From Macrostomum lignano (Eukaryota): DNA of 64,000 nt. Shown one piece after another: positions 1-11,885 of the stretch. The DNA lies in assembly GCA_002269645.1 (NCBI GenBank), contig NIVC01000137.1, positions 558,001 to 622,000 of the forward strand, read 5' to 3'. The notes beneath the pieces are model-generated. The model was not told the origin of the DNA and did not search any database. It saw only the letters and a program-made list of their open reading frames with translations. Numbering within the stretch: the stretch's first letter is position 1; each line of letters starts with the position of its first letter. Position numbers and translations under genes: made by a program.

Positions 1-970
1 CTCGTAAACGTATTGTTTTATATTCGTTGACAATACATTTGAATTTATGATTTGCAGTTAATTTTTTAAACAAAAATTCAAAAAGGAAATTGTTTTCGAA
101 TCCATATTGCTTGAAAAAACTTGAAAAGATTTATATTACTGGAAAGTACATGTAACATTTAAAATTCTAGTCCTTATTTCAAACCATGCAGTTTCGATTC
201 TCCGTAACGACTACGAGCGAATTATTAACGCAGACAATGGTCGATTTTCAGCGATATTACTTCCTTCGCCAGTGCAATAGTGATTTAAAACTGCTTTGAT
301 AATTTCCTTCGATTCTGGAAGCTCAAGAACTTGTTGTACTTCTCTAAGAATGTATCGATTTCTAAGAAATGCGAGCGTGACGTCCTGCCTCACTTGACGG
401 TGGTCTGAAGCTGCACTACGATCGTATCAATTTCCGCTGGTCGCATGAGTTTTAAAATCTTCAAATTGTCTCATGCATATTACTTTCAGTAGACAGATCA
501 GTAAATGATTGCACTTTCATAGATTTACTTTCATCTACTGTTCCATAAAATTTGGAAAATTTGTCAGCCATTTTGATCATGGTTAACAACATTTTACATT
601 TGTATAATGACCGGATCTAACTACTCAAGGTTATCACAGTATGTGCAAATGCATGCAAGTAGGCACTGGTGTAAATTAAAATCGTTTATTGATTGTTTCC
701 CCGATGAGAAACATAAAATATGAAATATTCGATTGCAACTTTTCATATCCTTACAGTCTCGGGTATATGTTCCTGCCTGTCTAAGTTAGAGATGGATGAA
801 AAATTAAACTAAAAGTACATGTAACTAATTTTATAAATGAACTAATAATACATTTTTCAAATATATACTCTAGCAATTTGTCGGTTGCAGCTTAAACTGA
901 TTTGTACGTAAAATTCTGTAGGCTTGTTGAAGAAAAAAAGTTCTTTGTTTTAATAAATCCCTTGTTGAAG

Positions 971-1815
971 CAGGGCGTTGCCACTCGGGGGAGGGGGGAC
1001 ACGGGCCGGGACTGGTTCCACCGGGAATGGCATGCCGGGATAAGGAGCATGCCAATGCTTTGTCCGCTCACCCAACCTTGTGACCCGCTATAAAAATCAA
1101 TAATTTTGCTTTAGGGTAAAAAATAAAGCGCATGCGGTGCCAAAATTATGAGTGTCTGCGGCGCCAGAATGAGTGTCTGCGGCGCCAGAATGAGTGTCTG
1201 CGGCACCAAAATGAGTGTCTGCCGCGCCAAAATGAGTGTCTGCGGCGCCAAAATGAGTGTCTGCGGCGCCAAAATGAGTGTCTGTAGCGCCAAAATGAGT
1301 GCCCGCAGCGCCAAAATAAGTGTCTGCGGCGCCAGAATGAGTGTCTGCGGCGCCAAAATGAGTGTCTGTAGCGCCAAAATGAGAGTCTGCGGCGCCAAAA
1401 TGAGTGTCTGCGGCGACAAAATGAGTGTCTGCTTGCGGCGCCAAAATGAGTGTCTGCTGCGCCAAAATGAGTGTCTGTAGCGCCAAAATTAGAGTCTGCG
1501 GCGCCAAAATGAGTGCCCGCAGCGCCAAAATGAGTGCCTGCTTGCGGCGCCAAAATGAGTGCCCGCAGCGCCAAAATGAGTGCCTGCTTGCGGCGCCAAA
1601 ATGAGTGCCCGCAGCGCCAAAATGAGTGCCTGCTTGCGGCGCCAAAATGAGTGCCTGCTTGCGGCGCCAAAAAGAGTGCCCGCTGCGCAAAAATGAGTGC
1701 CTGCGGCGCTAATAAAACGAGTGCTGACAACGCCAATTCTGAAAATAATGTACCTTGTACCTGTAGAATTCGTGGCTCTGTCACCCCCACCATAAAATCC
1801 ATAGCGACGCCTCTG
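971..1815 (+). mobile_element. Non-autonomous hAT-like MITE carrying an internal ~21-bp minisatellite
   Basis: Termini CAGGGCGTTGC (971) and GCGACGCCTCTG (ends 1815) are imperfect inverted repeats. Shares AATCAATAATTTTGCTT, CACCATAAAATC and the repeat unit with the inverted copy at 48558-48994. TSD poor (4/8). Confidence 0.6.
1148..1707. repeat. Minisatellite, ~21-25 bp unit (GCGCCAAAATGAGTGTCTGCG)
   Basis: Direct tandem copies; source of the spurious ORFs at 1097-1872. Confidence 0.95.
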
Positions 1816-3301
1816 TAGTCGAGTATTCACATATGATCCTGAAAGCAGAACTATAAAAATAAAATAGAACAACTTTCGTAACTCTGACAGTGGCGTGCGA
1901 TGAAGTTTCTACAGTTCCGGAATTATAGACAGCTTTTTTTGACATCCCGAAATGTCGGTTAGGCAAATGTTATAGTGCATAGTTTAAACTTCATTCATGG
2001 AGTCCTTAAACGAAAATTTGGAGTAGTAACTGGAAAATGTAATATCCAGATATTTTTTCTTGTAGTTTTAATAAAAAATGCAACTATAAGAAACTAAAAT
2101 AATTATTTTTATTGTAGAGATGCTCAAGTCGTGGCGTGCGGAAACATTGCGGAAGCATCGGTGAGATTGGACTTTTACCATAAGTAGGCTATAATAGCTC
2201 AATTTAGCATATTCATACTAGCCTAAAATAGTAGACTTTTGTAATTGATTCAATATGAAATGGAAACCATCTGTTTTTCTATTTTTAGACTTAAAATTGC
2301 ATCTAAATATTGGAATTTAGCTTTCTTGGGCGAGTGAATATATGGTAATTTTGTTTCAAGATAAAAATGCTTCGAAGCATGCAAATAAGTGGCCATACTG
2401 CTCGATAGATCTTGATATTGCTGATATATGATGAAAATTATTCTTAAAAGGTTTTAAAGTATTGGTTAAAAATTGAAATACATCAAATAATTCGAAAAGA
2501 ACTAAATGGGGTTAAAGACCCCAACAAATCATCTCTTTTAGGGAATCTATACTCATTGAGAAGTGACATTCGGTGTTACTGTCAGCATACCTAATCTTCA
2601 CCAGTGTACTTTAACTGAGGAAATTTTTACATCAATCAAGTGGCGTAAGCAACAACAGAAGTTGTTTGAAAGCATTCCTGCCCGTGGGACTGCATCAATC
2701 ATTGCCTACAGTGAGTGTTGAAAGCGGGGTGTGAAAAACCTCATGACTCCAGACTGACTGTCTGTCCCAAAACCCTTGCTTCGTGTCTGCAGACCTTCGA
2801 AAATAAGGCCGGATTTGCTACGCCTGTACTCTTAGAGAAAATTGGCATACTCGGCTAAGCCTGCACAAAGGCTTAATCGCCTCCATACCCCATGAGCCGG
2901 CTGCGTTGAAGTTTCACGGCCCTGACGAGTCAGTTGCTACCCAATCCTATCCTTCTCTCTTCATCGCTGCAGCACGCCAACCCCGCTTATTCCCACACTC
3001 GCAATGCATCTGTCCCCTCCCCCCTGGCTACTGAGAGAGAACAGCCCCACCCGATTCGTCCTCCACTTGACAATCCGACGCCCACACGGCAGCAACCGTG
3101 TAAGACCATCATCCCAGCAGGCTCAAGCTAGCTACTCCCTTCTAATTTTGCCTCCCTTCCCCAGCCCCCTCTTCCCCCGCCCACTCGCCTACTTACCATT
3201 CGCCCGGAGGCCCCGTCCTCTCCTTTCATCCGGCTAGGGAAAACACGCGACCCCACCCGGGCCAGACAGACGCGTGCGAAGGAAGCCCCCCCCAACACTT
3301 C

Positions 3302-3309
3302 TATAAAAG
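3302..3309 (+). promoter_or_regulatory. Candidate TATA box of the QPCT-like gene
   Basis: TATAAAAG about 90 bp upstream of ATG 3394. Positional evidence only. Confidence 0.4.
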
Positions 3310-3393
3310 ACCGTTAACAAACAAAGCTAGCTGGGTTGCCAAGCACACAAACTGAATAGGCTCCACCCACCTGCCTTCGCGGTGGAACAAGCG

Positions 3394-4368
3394 ATGGCGC
3401 CTCTGATTCTCTTGTTACTAACGTTTCTGGCAACAACTGACGCGAGAAACGACCGAGACATCAGTGTCTCACCTGCCCGCCTGGCTGAACTCTCAGAGCC
3501 GCTCGCCGTTATCAGGCAGGTTGGCACATCCGGCCATCGGCGGGTTCGCAACCATCTGGTCGAGTTTCTGTCGCGTCAGCCTGGTTGGCAAGTCGAATTA
3601 GACACGTTCCATGCCGAGACACCGATAGGCAGGCAGCGGTTCGATAACATCATCGCTACGCTGCGTCTTAACGATGCTCAATCCGGCTCGAGTGGACAAC
3701 GCCGTCTGGTCCTCGCTGCGCACTACGACTCAAAACTGTTGCCCGGATTCGTCGGAGCCACCGACTCGGCGGTTCCCTGCGCTGTGCTGCTGCGCGCTGC
3801 CGAAACCATCGGCAGGGCCGTAGCCAGAGCGAGTCGACTGAGTCCTCCAGGCCCAGGCGTTGACATCCTTCAGCTGGTGTTCTTCGACGGCGAAGAAGCC
3901 TTCAAGGAGTGGACGCGGACGGACTCGCTGTACGGATCGCGTCATCTGGCCCAAAAATGGGCCCAGGATGGAACTGCGCAGCAGGTCGAAGCGCTGGTGC
4001 TGCTGGACCTGATCGGTGGCAGGAATCCGAAGTTCTACTATAACCCGCATCCCAGCAGCGATGAGCGAGTGATCGACACCGAGATGCGAATGTTCATCCA
4101 GCTGGGCGCCACCGAGGCCGCGATTATACCCGGCAGCGACGAACCCGACTTCGACTACTTCCAGCTGATGAAGATCGGCTCAGGGACGGTGCAGGACGAC
4201 CAGCTGCCATTTCAAGAGATCGGCGTGCCGACTGTGCACCTCATACCGCAGCCGTTTCCCACGGTGTGGCACACGCCAGCCGACACGCTTGATGCCATCG
4301 AGTGGGATCAGGCTGCTGATGTGGCCAATATTGTGCTGTTCTGGACTGCTCAGACTATCGGGCTGTAG
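3394..4368 (+). CDS. QPCT: Glutaminyl-peptide cyclotransferase (M28 fold, animal type II QC), intronless, secreted
   Basis: Signal peptide MAPLILLLLTFLATTDA. QC motifs LAAHYDSK, GATDSAVPC, FFDGEEAF, SLYGSRHLA, LLDLIG, QDDxxPF, VHLIPxPFPxVWHT. First ATG is 3394 (the track's 3382 start is GTG). Confidence 0.93.
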   Translation: MAPLILLLLTFLATTDARNDRDISVSPARLAELSEPLAVIRQVGTSGHRRVRNHLVEFLSRQPGWQVELDTFHAETPIGRQRFDNIIATLRLNDAQSGSSGQRRLVLAAHYDSKLLPGFVGATDSAVPCAVLLRAAETIGRAVARASRLSPPGPGVDILQLVFFDGEEAFKEWTRTDSLYGSRHLAQKWAQDGTAQQVEALVLLDLIGGRNPKFYYNPHPSSDERVIDTEMRMFIQLGATEAAIIPGSDEPDFDYFQLMKIGSGTVQDDQLPFQEIGVPTVHLIPQPFPTVWHTPADTLDAIEWDQAADVANIVLFWTAQTIGL

Positions 4369-4446
4369 TGATTGACTGACTATCTAAACTGACTATCTGG
4401 ACTGCTCAGACTATCGGGCTGTAGTGATTGACTGACTATCTAAACT
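4341..4446 (+). repeat. Tandem duplication (50 bp x2, 56-bp period) spanning the QPCT stop codon
   Basis: CTGGACTGCTCAGACTATCGGGCTGTAGTGATTGACTGACTATCTAAACT at 4341-4390 and 4397-4446. Confidence 0.95.
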
Positions 4447-5021
4447 TATATTTCAGCAGCAGGGTGCATCGGGAGTTTTGGGTCGTGTAGAATTTGCTCG
4501 GATGTTGATCAATTCTTTCATAATTGATTAATCACGGTTGTGCAAACTGAGATTCACCCACCCGCTTCGGGACCTGTGGTTGTTGACACTACTCGAATGC
4601 TATCTGCCATGCTACATGCGGTTGTCAGAGTGATTCGAAAAGCATTGCGACGCGCCTAATTGAATATTGATAACAATGGAAATGAGTCTACACTTTTCAA
4701 GTATTCACCAAAATATAACTCGGCATGCCTGTTCTTTCAGCGATGGCACAAGCTAAAAAAGGTTGATGTTGAAAATGTAGAGCGCTAATCCGCTCGTTCA
4801 CCGGATGTATTTATGACACTGACAGCTCTTGGAAATCTGGTTCCCGTGAACGTCAGAAATCACGCAAGGCATGAGTTCAGAGTCCAAGGGTAACTTTTAA
4901 ATGATATATGCCGTAACTGCCTGTAAGTCTACAGCTCACGCGAGGCACATGTCGTTGCTGATTATTGCAAAAAGTAAAAAGTTCTGGTAAGACTATTTAG
5001 AAAGGCAGGTATAGCCTATGT

Positions 5022-5380
<359 letters not shown>

Positions 5381-6144
5381 AAAAGCAAACAGGCTGGAAG
5401 ACCCATATCGCACACGAAAAAGATGTATTGTAAATTTCTATAGCACAGAGATTTCCAGGCATAGCGTGACTTACATTGAATTGGAGGCATTGTGAAAGAG
5501 ACTGAAGCTAGATTTGAATTATAGCTACTTCTAAAAGACCAGAAAGCACAGCGGCGGTGCAGCTTACTGCAGTTGCGCAGCGATGATGGATGCATGCGGG
5601 ATTCATGAGGAAGCCGATTTTTAGTCGCAGGATGCAAACAGCGAGAGACTTGTTGAATGAATTGGCACTGGTATGAAAAGCTAAAACACACTCTTAGCAA
5701 TGAGCAGGAGCAGATACCTAATTAAAGAGCAGAGCTAAATCCCTAGCACTATAGTACTTTGCATGTAGGAAAGAGAAATAGTAGCAAAGGTATAGATCCA
5801 CAACGAATTTCCCATCTCGAACAGTCACTCCTTTCCTCGATACGACTCAAGACATCTTTCACCCAAGCCTTTCCTCGGATGCAATTAGCTTTACGTCACG
5901 TGTACACCTGCGTTTCCTTCATCCCGCCTTGGTGGAAAACAGGCTTGGAAAACTCTGGTTTAGACAGAAATGCTGTGCACAACATATGCAGCCTTGTTTA
6001 CCTGCACTCGCAAAGCGGATCAGCATGGGTATTCCTAAGCATTATGCTTCTGCTTCATTAGCTACATAGAAATGTCCCCATTACACAGAATTTTGCTGTA
6101 TGACGTGAAAACAGGTATTGACTAATCCAAAGGTAGAGTTAGTA

Positions 6145-6663
<519 letters not shown>

Positions 6664-7178
6664 CATGACGTATTGAGTGAAGCGCATCTGTATAAAAAGC
6701 TAGCTTCATACATGTAATTAAGCAGCATTGAAATACAACACGCAGCACCTTGCGAAAGAGTTCACGGCAGCCTAAATTTAGCCTTGATGATGCCGGCAAA
6801 AAAACCCAACGGAACTCTGCTGCGTGGGTGGCTTCTGCTTGCTGACAGATATCGCCCGCAAACAGAAACTCATGAGACGCTTTCCTCCTCCCTATCCTCA
6901 CTTGCCCCCTTACTGCAGTTCAGCTATCCTGTCCGCGAATTCTAATTTAGTCACAGTTATAAAGGTTTAGTGCTCAGCTACGTAGCCACTCCGCCATCTC
7001 AGGGCCTATCTTTCGTCAATAAACGGGCTTAGTGAAGTTTCTCTCAACTTCTCTTTCAGCTTAGCTCCCTTCCCTCTATGAAACGTCATCGCTTGCTTGT
7101 CGTAAAATCTCTCTCTGAAGGATTCTGGTGAGGAAAAGGATATTAGCTGATAAGGCGGCGGGTGTAATATAAGCTAGA

Positions 7179-8166
7179 TCTATAGAGAAATATTGACTAT
7201 GGCGTAATTAAAACTGCGGTATACTACAGTAAGGGTGCACCTGTTTTAATTGAGCGCGTACAGTTCTGAATTCATATTTAATTATGGAATATTCTACGAG
7301 TATAATCACAGAATTCATTTTTGCAAGATATTTAAACTTTTTTGCTTTACAAAAGTCAGTTCTCACTTTCGAGGGAATTGCAGAGATGCCAAGGTCTCTG
7401 AGATAGTAAGGGTCAAGAAGGAACTGCTGTAATTCCAAGACTCAAGAGAGTTGTTGAGAGGCCAAGGGTCGAGGGGGAGATGCTGAGATGCCGAGGGTCG
7501 AGGGGTAGATGCTGAGGTGCCAAGGGTCGAGGGGGAGATGCTGAGATGCCAAGGGTCGAGGGGGAGATGCTGAGGTGCCAAGGGTCGAGGGAGAGTTACT
7601 GAGATGCCAAGGGTCGAGGGGGAGTTACTGAGATGCCAAGGGTCGAGGGGGAGTTACTGAGATGCCAAGGGTCGAGGGAGAGTTACTGAGATGCCAAGGG
7701 TCGAGGGGGAGTTACTGAGATGCCAAGGGTCGAGGGAGAGTTACTGAGATGCCAAGGGTCGAGGGAGAGTTACTGAGATGCCAAGGGTCGAATGGGAGTT
7801 ACTGAGATGCCAAGGGTCGAGGGGGAGTTACTGAGATGCCAAGGGTCGAATGGGAGTTACTGAGATGCCAAGGGTCGAGGGTGAGTTACTGAGATGCCAA
7901 GGGTCGAGGGTGAGTTACTGAGATGCCAAGGGTCGAGGGAGAGTTTCTGAGATGCCAAGGGTCGAGGGGGAGTTTCTGAGATTCCAAAGTTAAAAGGGGA
8001 AGCTGATATCTTAGGCTAGATAGCTGGCCTTTAAAGCAGATGATTATTTTGCTTTTAACATTTTTTCGAAAAAAGATATTCCTTTCTCTATTGCCTTTAT
8101 TGCCTCCCCTAAGGTGGTCCAAAGATTGCCGTCTTTAAATAGGCAGCTACGACGAGTTACACTAGT
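7179..8166 (+). mobile_element. Putative non-autonomous Helitron-like element containing the 29-bp minisatellite
   Basis: A|TC at 7178-7180 (tentative 5' end) and CTAG|T at 8162-8166. The sequence after the array aligns by eye with the 3' part of the 41 kb Helitron-like element. Confidence 0.4.
7450..7985. repeat. 29-bp minisatellite (GAGATGCCAAGGGTCGAGGGGGAGTTACT)
   Basis: About 18 tandem copies; the reverse complement matches the 30-bp unit at 41108-41360. Confidence 0.95.
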
Positions 8167-9190
8167 AGTTATTATATATTAAATACTACTTACTGAAGAG
8201 ACTAGGCAGTAGTATAGGTAACGAAATAAAATCTAAAATAGCCGGAGGTACTAAAGCATTCCAGTTGTTTTCAACTGCTTCAATGCTGTGTGCCAGAAAT
8301 TTTTTAATTACTAAGTCATGAGCCATAAATCAGTGGAAATATTTACTGTAGTCAACAAAGAACATTGGTACCTATATTGGGTATAAGTGCGCCTTTTCAG
8401 TAGGGTCCAGTGGAAATGAGAGCAAAAGGTGTACAAAGCGTACACCGACGAAAAATGAAGTCTCCAGTTTCCCGAGACGCTTCCAGATACGTCAATTTCT
8501 CACCAAAGAAGATGCTTTGCTTGCGTCAACGGTGGGAAGTGTGTCAGAGAGTAGAATAATTGATGAGCACTGTTGACTTTGGCTGTTGTCATTTGCCTGC
8601 GCACTTGTTCCAACATTTACCTTTTTTGTTGCGCTGGCCTGTGTCAGAGTGTGTCTCAGAAATACGCAGGCGCGCTTATGCTAGAGCGCGCGTTTGCAGT
8701 CCTCCCGTAGAGTCAAGAAAACAGATTTTTTTCTATAAGAAGCGTGGTGAAAATGTGATGGAAGATGCAAAAAATGCCTAAGTAGTTTGCATACTTCTGA
8801 ATGTATGTAATTTTTTTGTTCTATTCAAACGTGTCTAGCATATCTGAAATGACAGGTTTTATTATGAGCATCCTGAGAAGAATATCACCATTTGATTCGT
8901 ATATTGTCTTGGGATATTCTCGAGATATTCAGCTTATCATCTTGAAGTCAGAATTGCGACCAGCAACTGAGTCTTCAACCTCTTAAAGGCGTCACCTCCG
9001 CGAAAAATCTTCGACCTGCTTCTTTTTGCAAGCGCGCAATTAATAACCAAGGGCAAATACAAGAAACCCAAGAAGCTAGCTTTTGTTGCTTATAAGCAAA
9101 CTACCCTAAGATACTTATTGCCGAATATACGAGCATAACGCATTATCGAGAATTTTAGTAAACAGCTTGGACACAAGAAGCTAGCAAATC

Positions 9191-9490
9191 ATGCAGCTCG
9201 CACCTCTAACCATATCACTTCTAGTTGCAATCAGCAGCTTCGTTGAAGGCTCCGGGAGCTTCAAGAGCTCCGAGTGGCGAGCTCAGAGAGACGACCTCGC
9301 CGAGTACCTGGTTGACCGCTCGGTGCGCGCCGCAAGCCGCATCCAGTGCGCGTCTCTGGCCAGCAAGCGGCACCAAGCCGTCTCATTCTCAAGCGATGAA
9401 GGAGTCTGCCGGCTGCTGCGCTGCCGCCTGGGCCGGAGCGGCTGCAGGAAGTGCCGGAACGCTGCAAAATCCGGACTGCCTCTGTTCATG
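9191..9490 (+). CDS. Exon 1 of secreted PAN/apple-like + fibrinogen-C (FReD) protein
   Basis: Signal peptide MQLAPLTISLLVAISSFVEG; Cys-spaced SRIQCA...SFSSDEGVCRL segment; phase-0 donor ATG|GTAAGA at 9491. Confidence 0.75.
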
Positions 9491-9575
9491 GTAAGAAACT
9501 TTGTTCGATATGTGCTGCAATGCAGTTGCAAAAATATGAAAACGAGAACATATCATACCCGCTTATTCTTTCAAG

Positions 9576-10214
9576 GTGAGTCGGCTCGAAAGCCTCGGAG
9601 CGAGCTGGTGCTGGCGCACCTTCCAGCACAGAGTAGATGCGACTGTCGACTTCAACCGTGACTGGACAGACTACGTGTCCGGGTTCGGACAGGGCGAGGA
9701 CAGAAACTTCTGGATGGGTCTGCAGGCGATCCACCTGCTCACTCGAGCTGGCGACAGGAGAGTGAGGTGGGAGATGAGCTCGTGGAACGGCAGCTGGTGG
9801 TGGTGGGAGAACGCCGTGCTCATTGTCAAGGACGCCAGTCAGGAGTATCGAGTCACCGTCGGTAAACAGGATGTCGATCGGTCCAACGTCATTGAGTGTC
9901 CGAAGAACGCCTTGGAGTCCATGGACAACCAAAAGTTTTCCACTAAGGGCAACGATCAAGATTCCTATTCGTATGGCTCATGCGCTAACCTGTATCGAAG
10001 CGGATGGTGGTTCAAGAGCTGTTTCTGCTTCAATCCGAACGGAATTTACTACAGTCCTCCGGCAGCTCTGGATTTGTCTCGATATGATTTATTAAGCTTT
10101 GGAATCTCGTTTTCGGGTTCTGTTCCACCTGATCCCAGCATGTATCCGTTGGATTACCGCCAGTCCATGAAGACATTCGAGTGCCTGCTGATGGACACTG
10201 CCCCGGAAAATTAA
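9576..10214 (+). CDS. Exon 2: fibrinogen C-terminal domain
   Basis: Acceptor TTCTTTCAAG| at 9575 (85-bp intron, frame preserved). FReD motifs FQHRVDATVDFNRDWTDYVSGFG, NFWMGLQAIHLLT, KFSTKGND, GWWFKSC..NPNG. Stop TAA 10212-10214. Confidence 0.9.
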   Translation: MSRLESLGASWCWRTFQHRVDATVDFNRDWTDYVSGFGQGEDRNFWMGLQAIHLLTRAGDRRVRWEMSSWNGSWWWWENAVLIVKDASQEYRVTVGKQDVDRSNVIECPKNALESMDNQKFSTKGNDQDSYSYGSCANLYRSGWWFKSCFCFNPNGIYYSPPAALDLSRYDLLSFGISFSGSVPPDPSMYPLDYRQSMKTFECLLMDTAPEN

Positions 10215-10513
10215 AGGCATGATTTTGACGCAAAAACGCTTACTCTATAAGATGTTTTTCACTTCTCTCCAGGGATGTAGCAGTTCTAAAGTTTGAGTCG
10301 TAAGAAATAGCTTTACTTTGTATTGAATCTGATAAAAAAGGTGCCAGCAATAGCTGGGGTAATTGATTTTGTTTTGAAAAAATTTCTTGAACGTGTCACA
10401 ATTTTCAAAAATACATTGACTCTGCTGTTGAACTTTTTTGTTCTCAATCGAAAACCTGAACTTTTTCTGTTACTTTTCCGTCAAAATGTAACCTGACTCT
10501 GCTGTCAAAATGT

Positions 10514-10742
10514 CGACCCCACTGGAACAATTTGAGTCTTTGAGCAAGACACTTAAGCATTGATTCAGTTCACCCAGCTGTAAAATGGGTGCCAGCATTA
10601 GCTGGGGTAATTGAGGGTATGTGTGGTGATCCCCCAGTCCTTGGACTGAACAGCCGTACGCAGCCTTCAGATGCGGCTGCGGCTGAGCTGTCGGTTGCAC
10701 ATCTTCCCACTGGGGCAGGTGTAATAAATTATTATTTTTATT
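10514..10742 (+). mobile_element. 5'-truncated CORE-type SINE copy
   Basis: Near-identical to the body and 3' end of 43427-43740; ATT-rich tail; tRNA head missing. Confidence 0.85.
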
Positions 10743-11159
10743 CTATCGGATAATTTTCAAGCAGGTTTTCCAACCGAAAAATCATGATTTACTTAACAAA
10801 GAACTGCGAGTTTGTAACGTCTGACGCCTTAACTTTCATGTTTACTACTGAAAAACTTCTATAGTAACGCAACTGCATCGATTGCGAGCAGTGCCAGCTT
10901 CTTTGATCAACAATTTAGTAATAGGAATCTACAGAGGAAAAGTTTCTCGCTAATAGAAATTAAATATTACTGACAAAGTAAGTATATAGTGCTGTCTGGT
11001 GGATGCTTGCTATTTGGAGGATGCTTTGCTCTCAGGGGAGGGGGTACTTGCTATCGTACATGTAGGTGTGCTTGCTATCGTACATGTAGGTGTGCTTGCT
11101 ATCTAGGATTCTTTCTATCCAGGGATGCTTGCTAGCTTGTATTTAGGGACGCTTTCTAT

Positions 11160-11885
11160 CTGGCGGATGCTTGCTATCTGGGGTTGCTTTCTCTCGGAGG
11201 GGGTTCCTTGCTATCTGGGTTGCTTGTTCTCGGAGGGGGTTGGGGTTGCTTTCTCTCGGAGGGGGTTCCTTGCTATCTGGGGTTGCTTGTTCTCGGAGGG
11301 GGTTGGGGTTGCTTGCTCTCGGAGGGGGTTGCTTGCTCTCGGAGGGGGTTGCTTGCTATCTGGGGTTGCTTGTTCTCGGAGGGGGTTGGAGTTGCTTGCT
11401 CTCGGAGGGGCTGCTTGCTATCTGGGGTTGCTTGCTCTCGGAGGGGGCTGCTTGCTATCTGGGGTTGCTTGTTCTCGGAGGGGGTTGGAGTTGCTTGCTC
11501 TCGGAGGGGGCTGCTTGCTATCTGGGGTTGCTTGTTCTCGGAGGGGGTTGGAGTTGCTTGCTCTCGGAGGGGGCTGCTTGCTATCTGGGGTTGCTTGTTC
11601 TCGGAGGGGGTTGGAGTTGCTTGCTCTCGGAGGGGGCTGCTTGCTATCTGGGGTTGCTTGTTCTCGGAGGGGGTTGGAGTTGCTTGCTCTCGGAGGGGCT
11701 GCTTGCTATCTGGGGTTGCTTGCTCTCGGAGGGGGCTGCTTGCTATCTGGGGTTGCTTGCTCTCGGAGGGGGTTTGCTTGCTATCTGGGGTTGCTTGCTC
11801 TCGGAGGGGGCTGCTTGCTATCTGGGGTTGCTTGCTCTCGGAGGGGGTTGGGGTTGCTTGCTCTCGGAGGGGCTGCTTGCTATCT
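11160..11885. repeat. Composite G-rich minisatellite (alternating ~21-bp GGGTTGCTTGCTCTCGGAGG and ~17-bp GGGTTGCTTGCTATCTG units)
   Basis: Direct reading. Confidence 0.95.
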
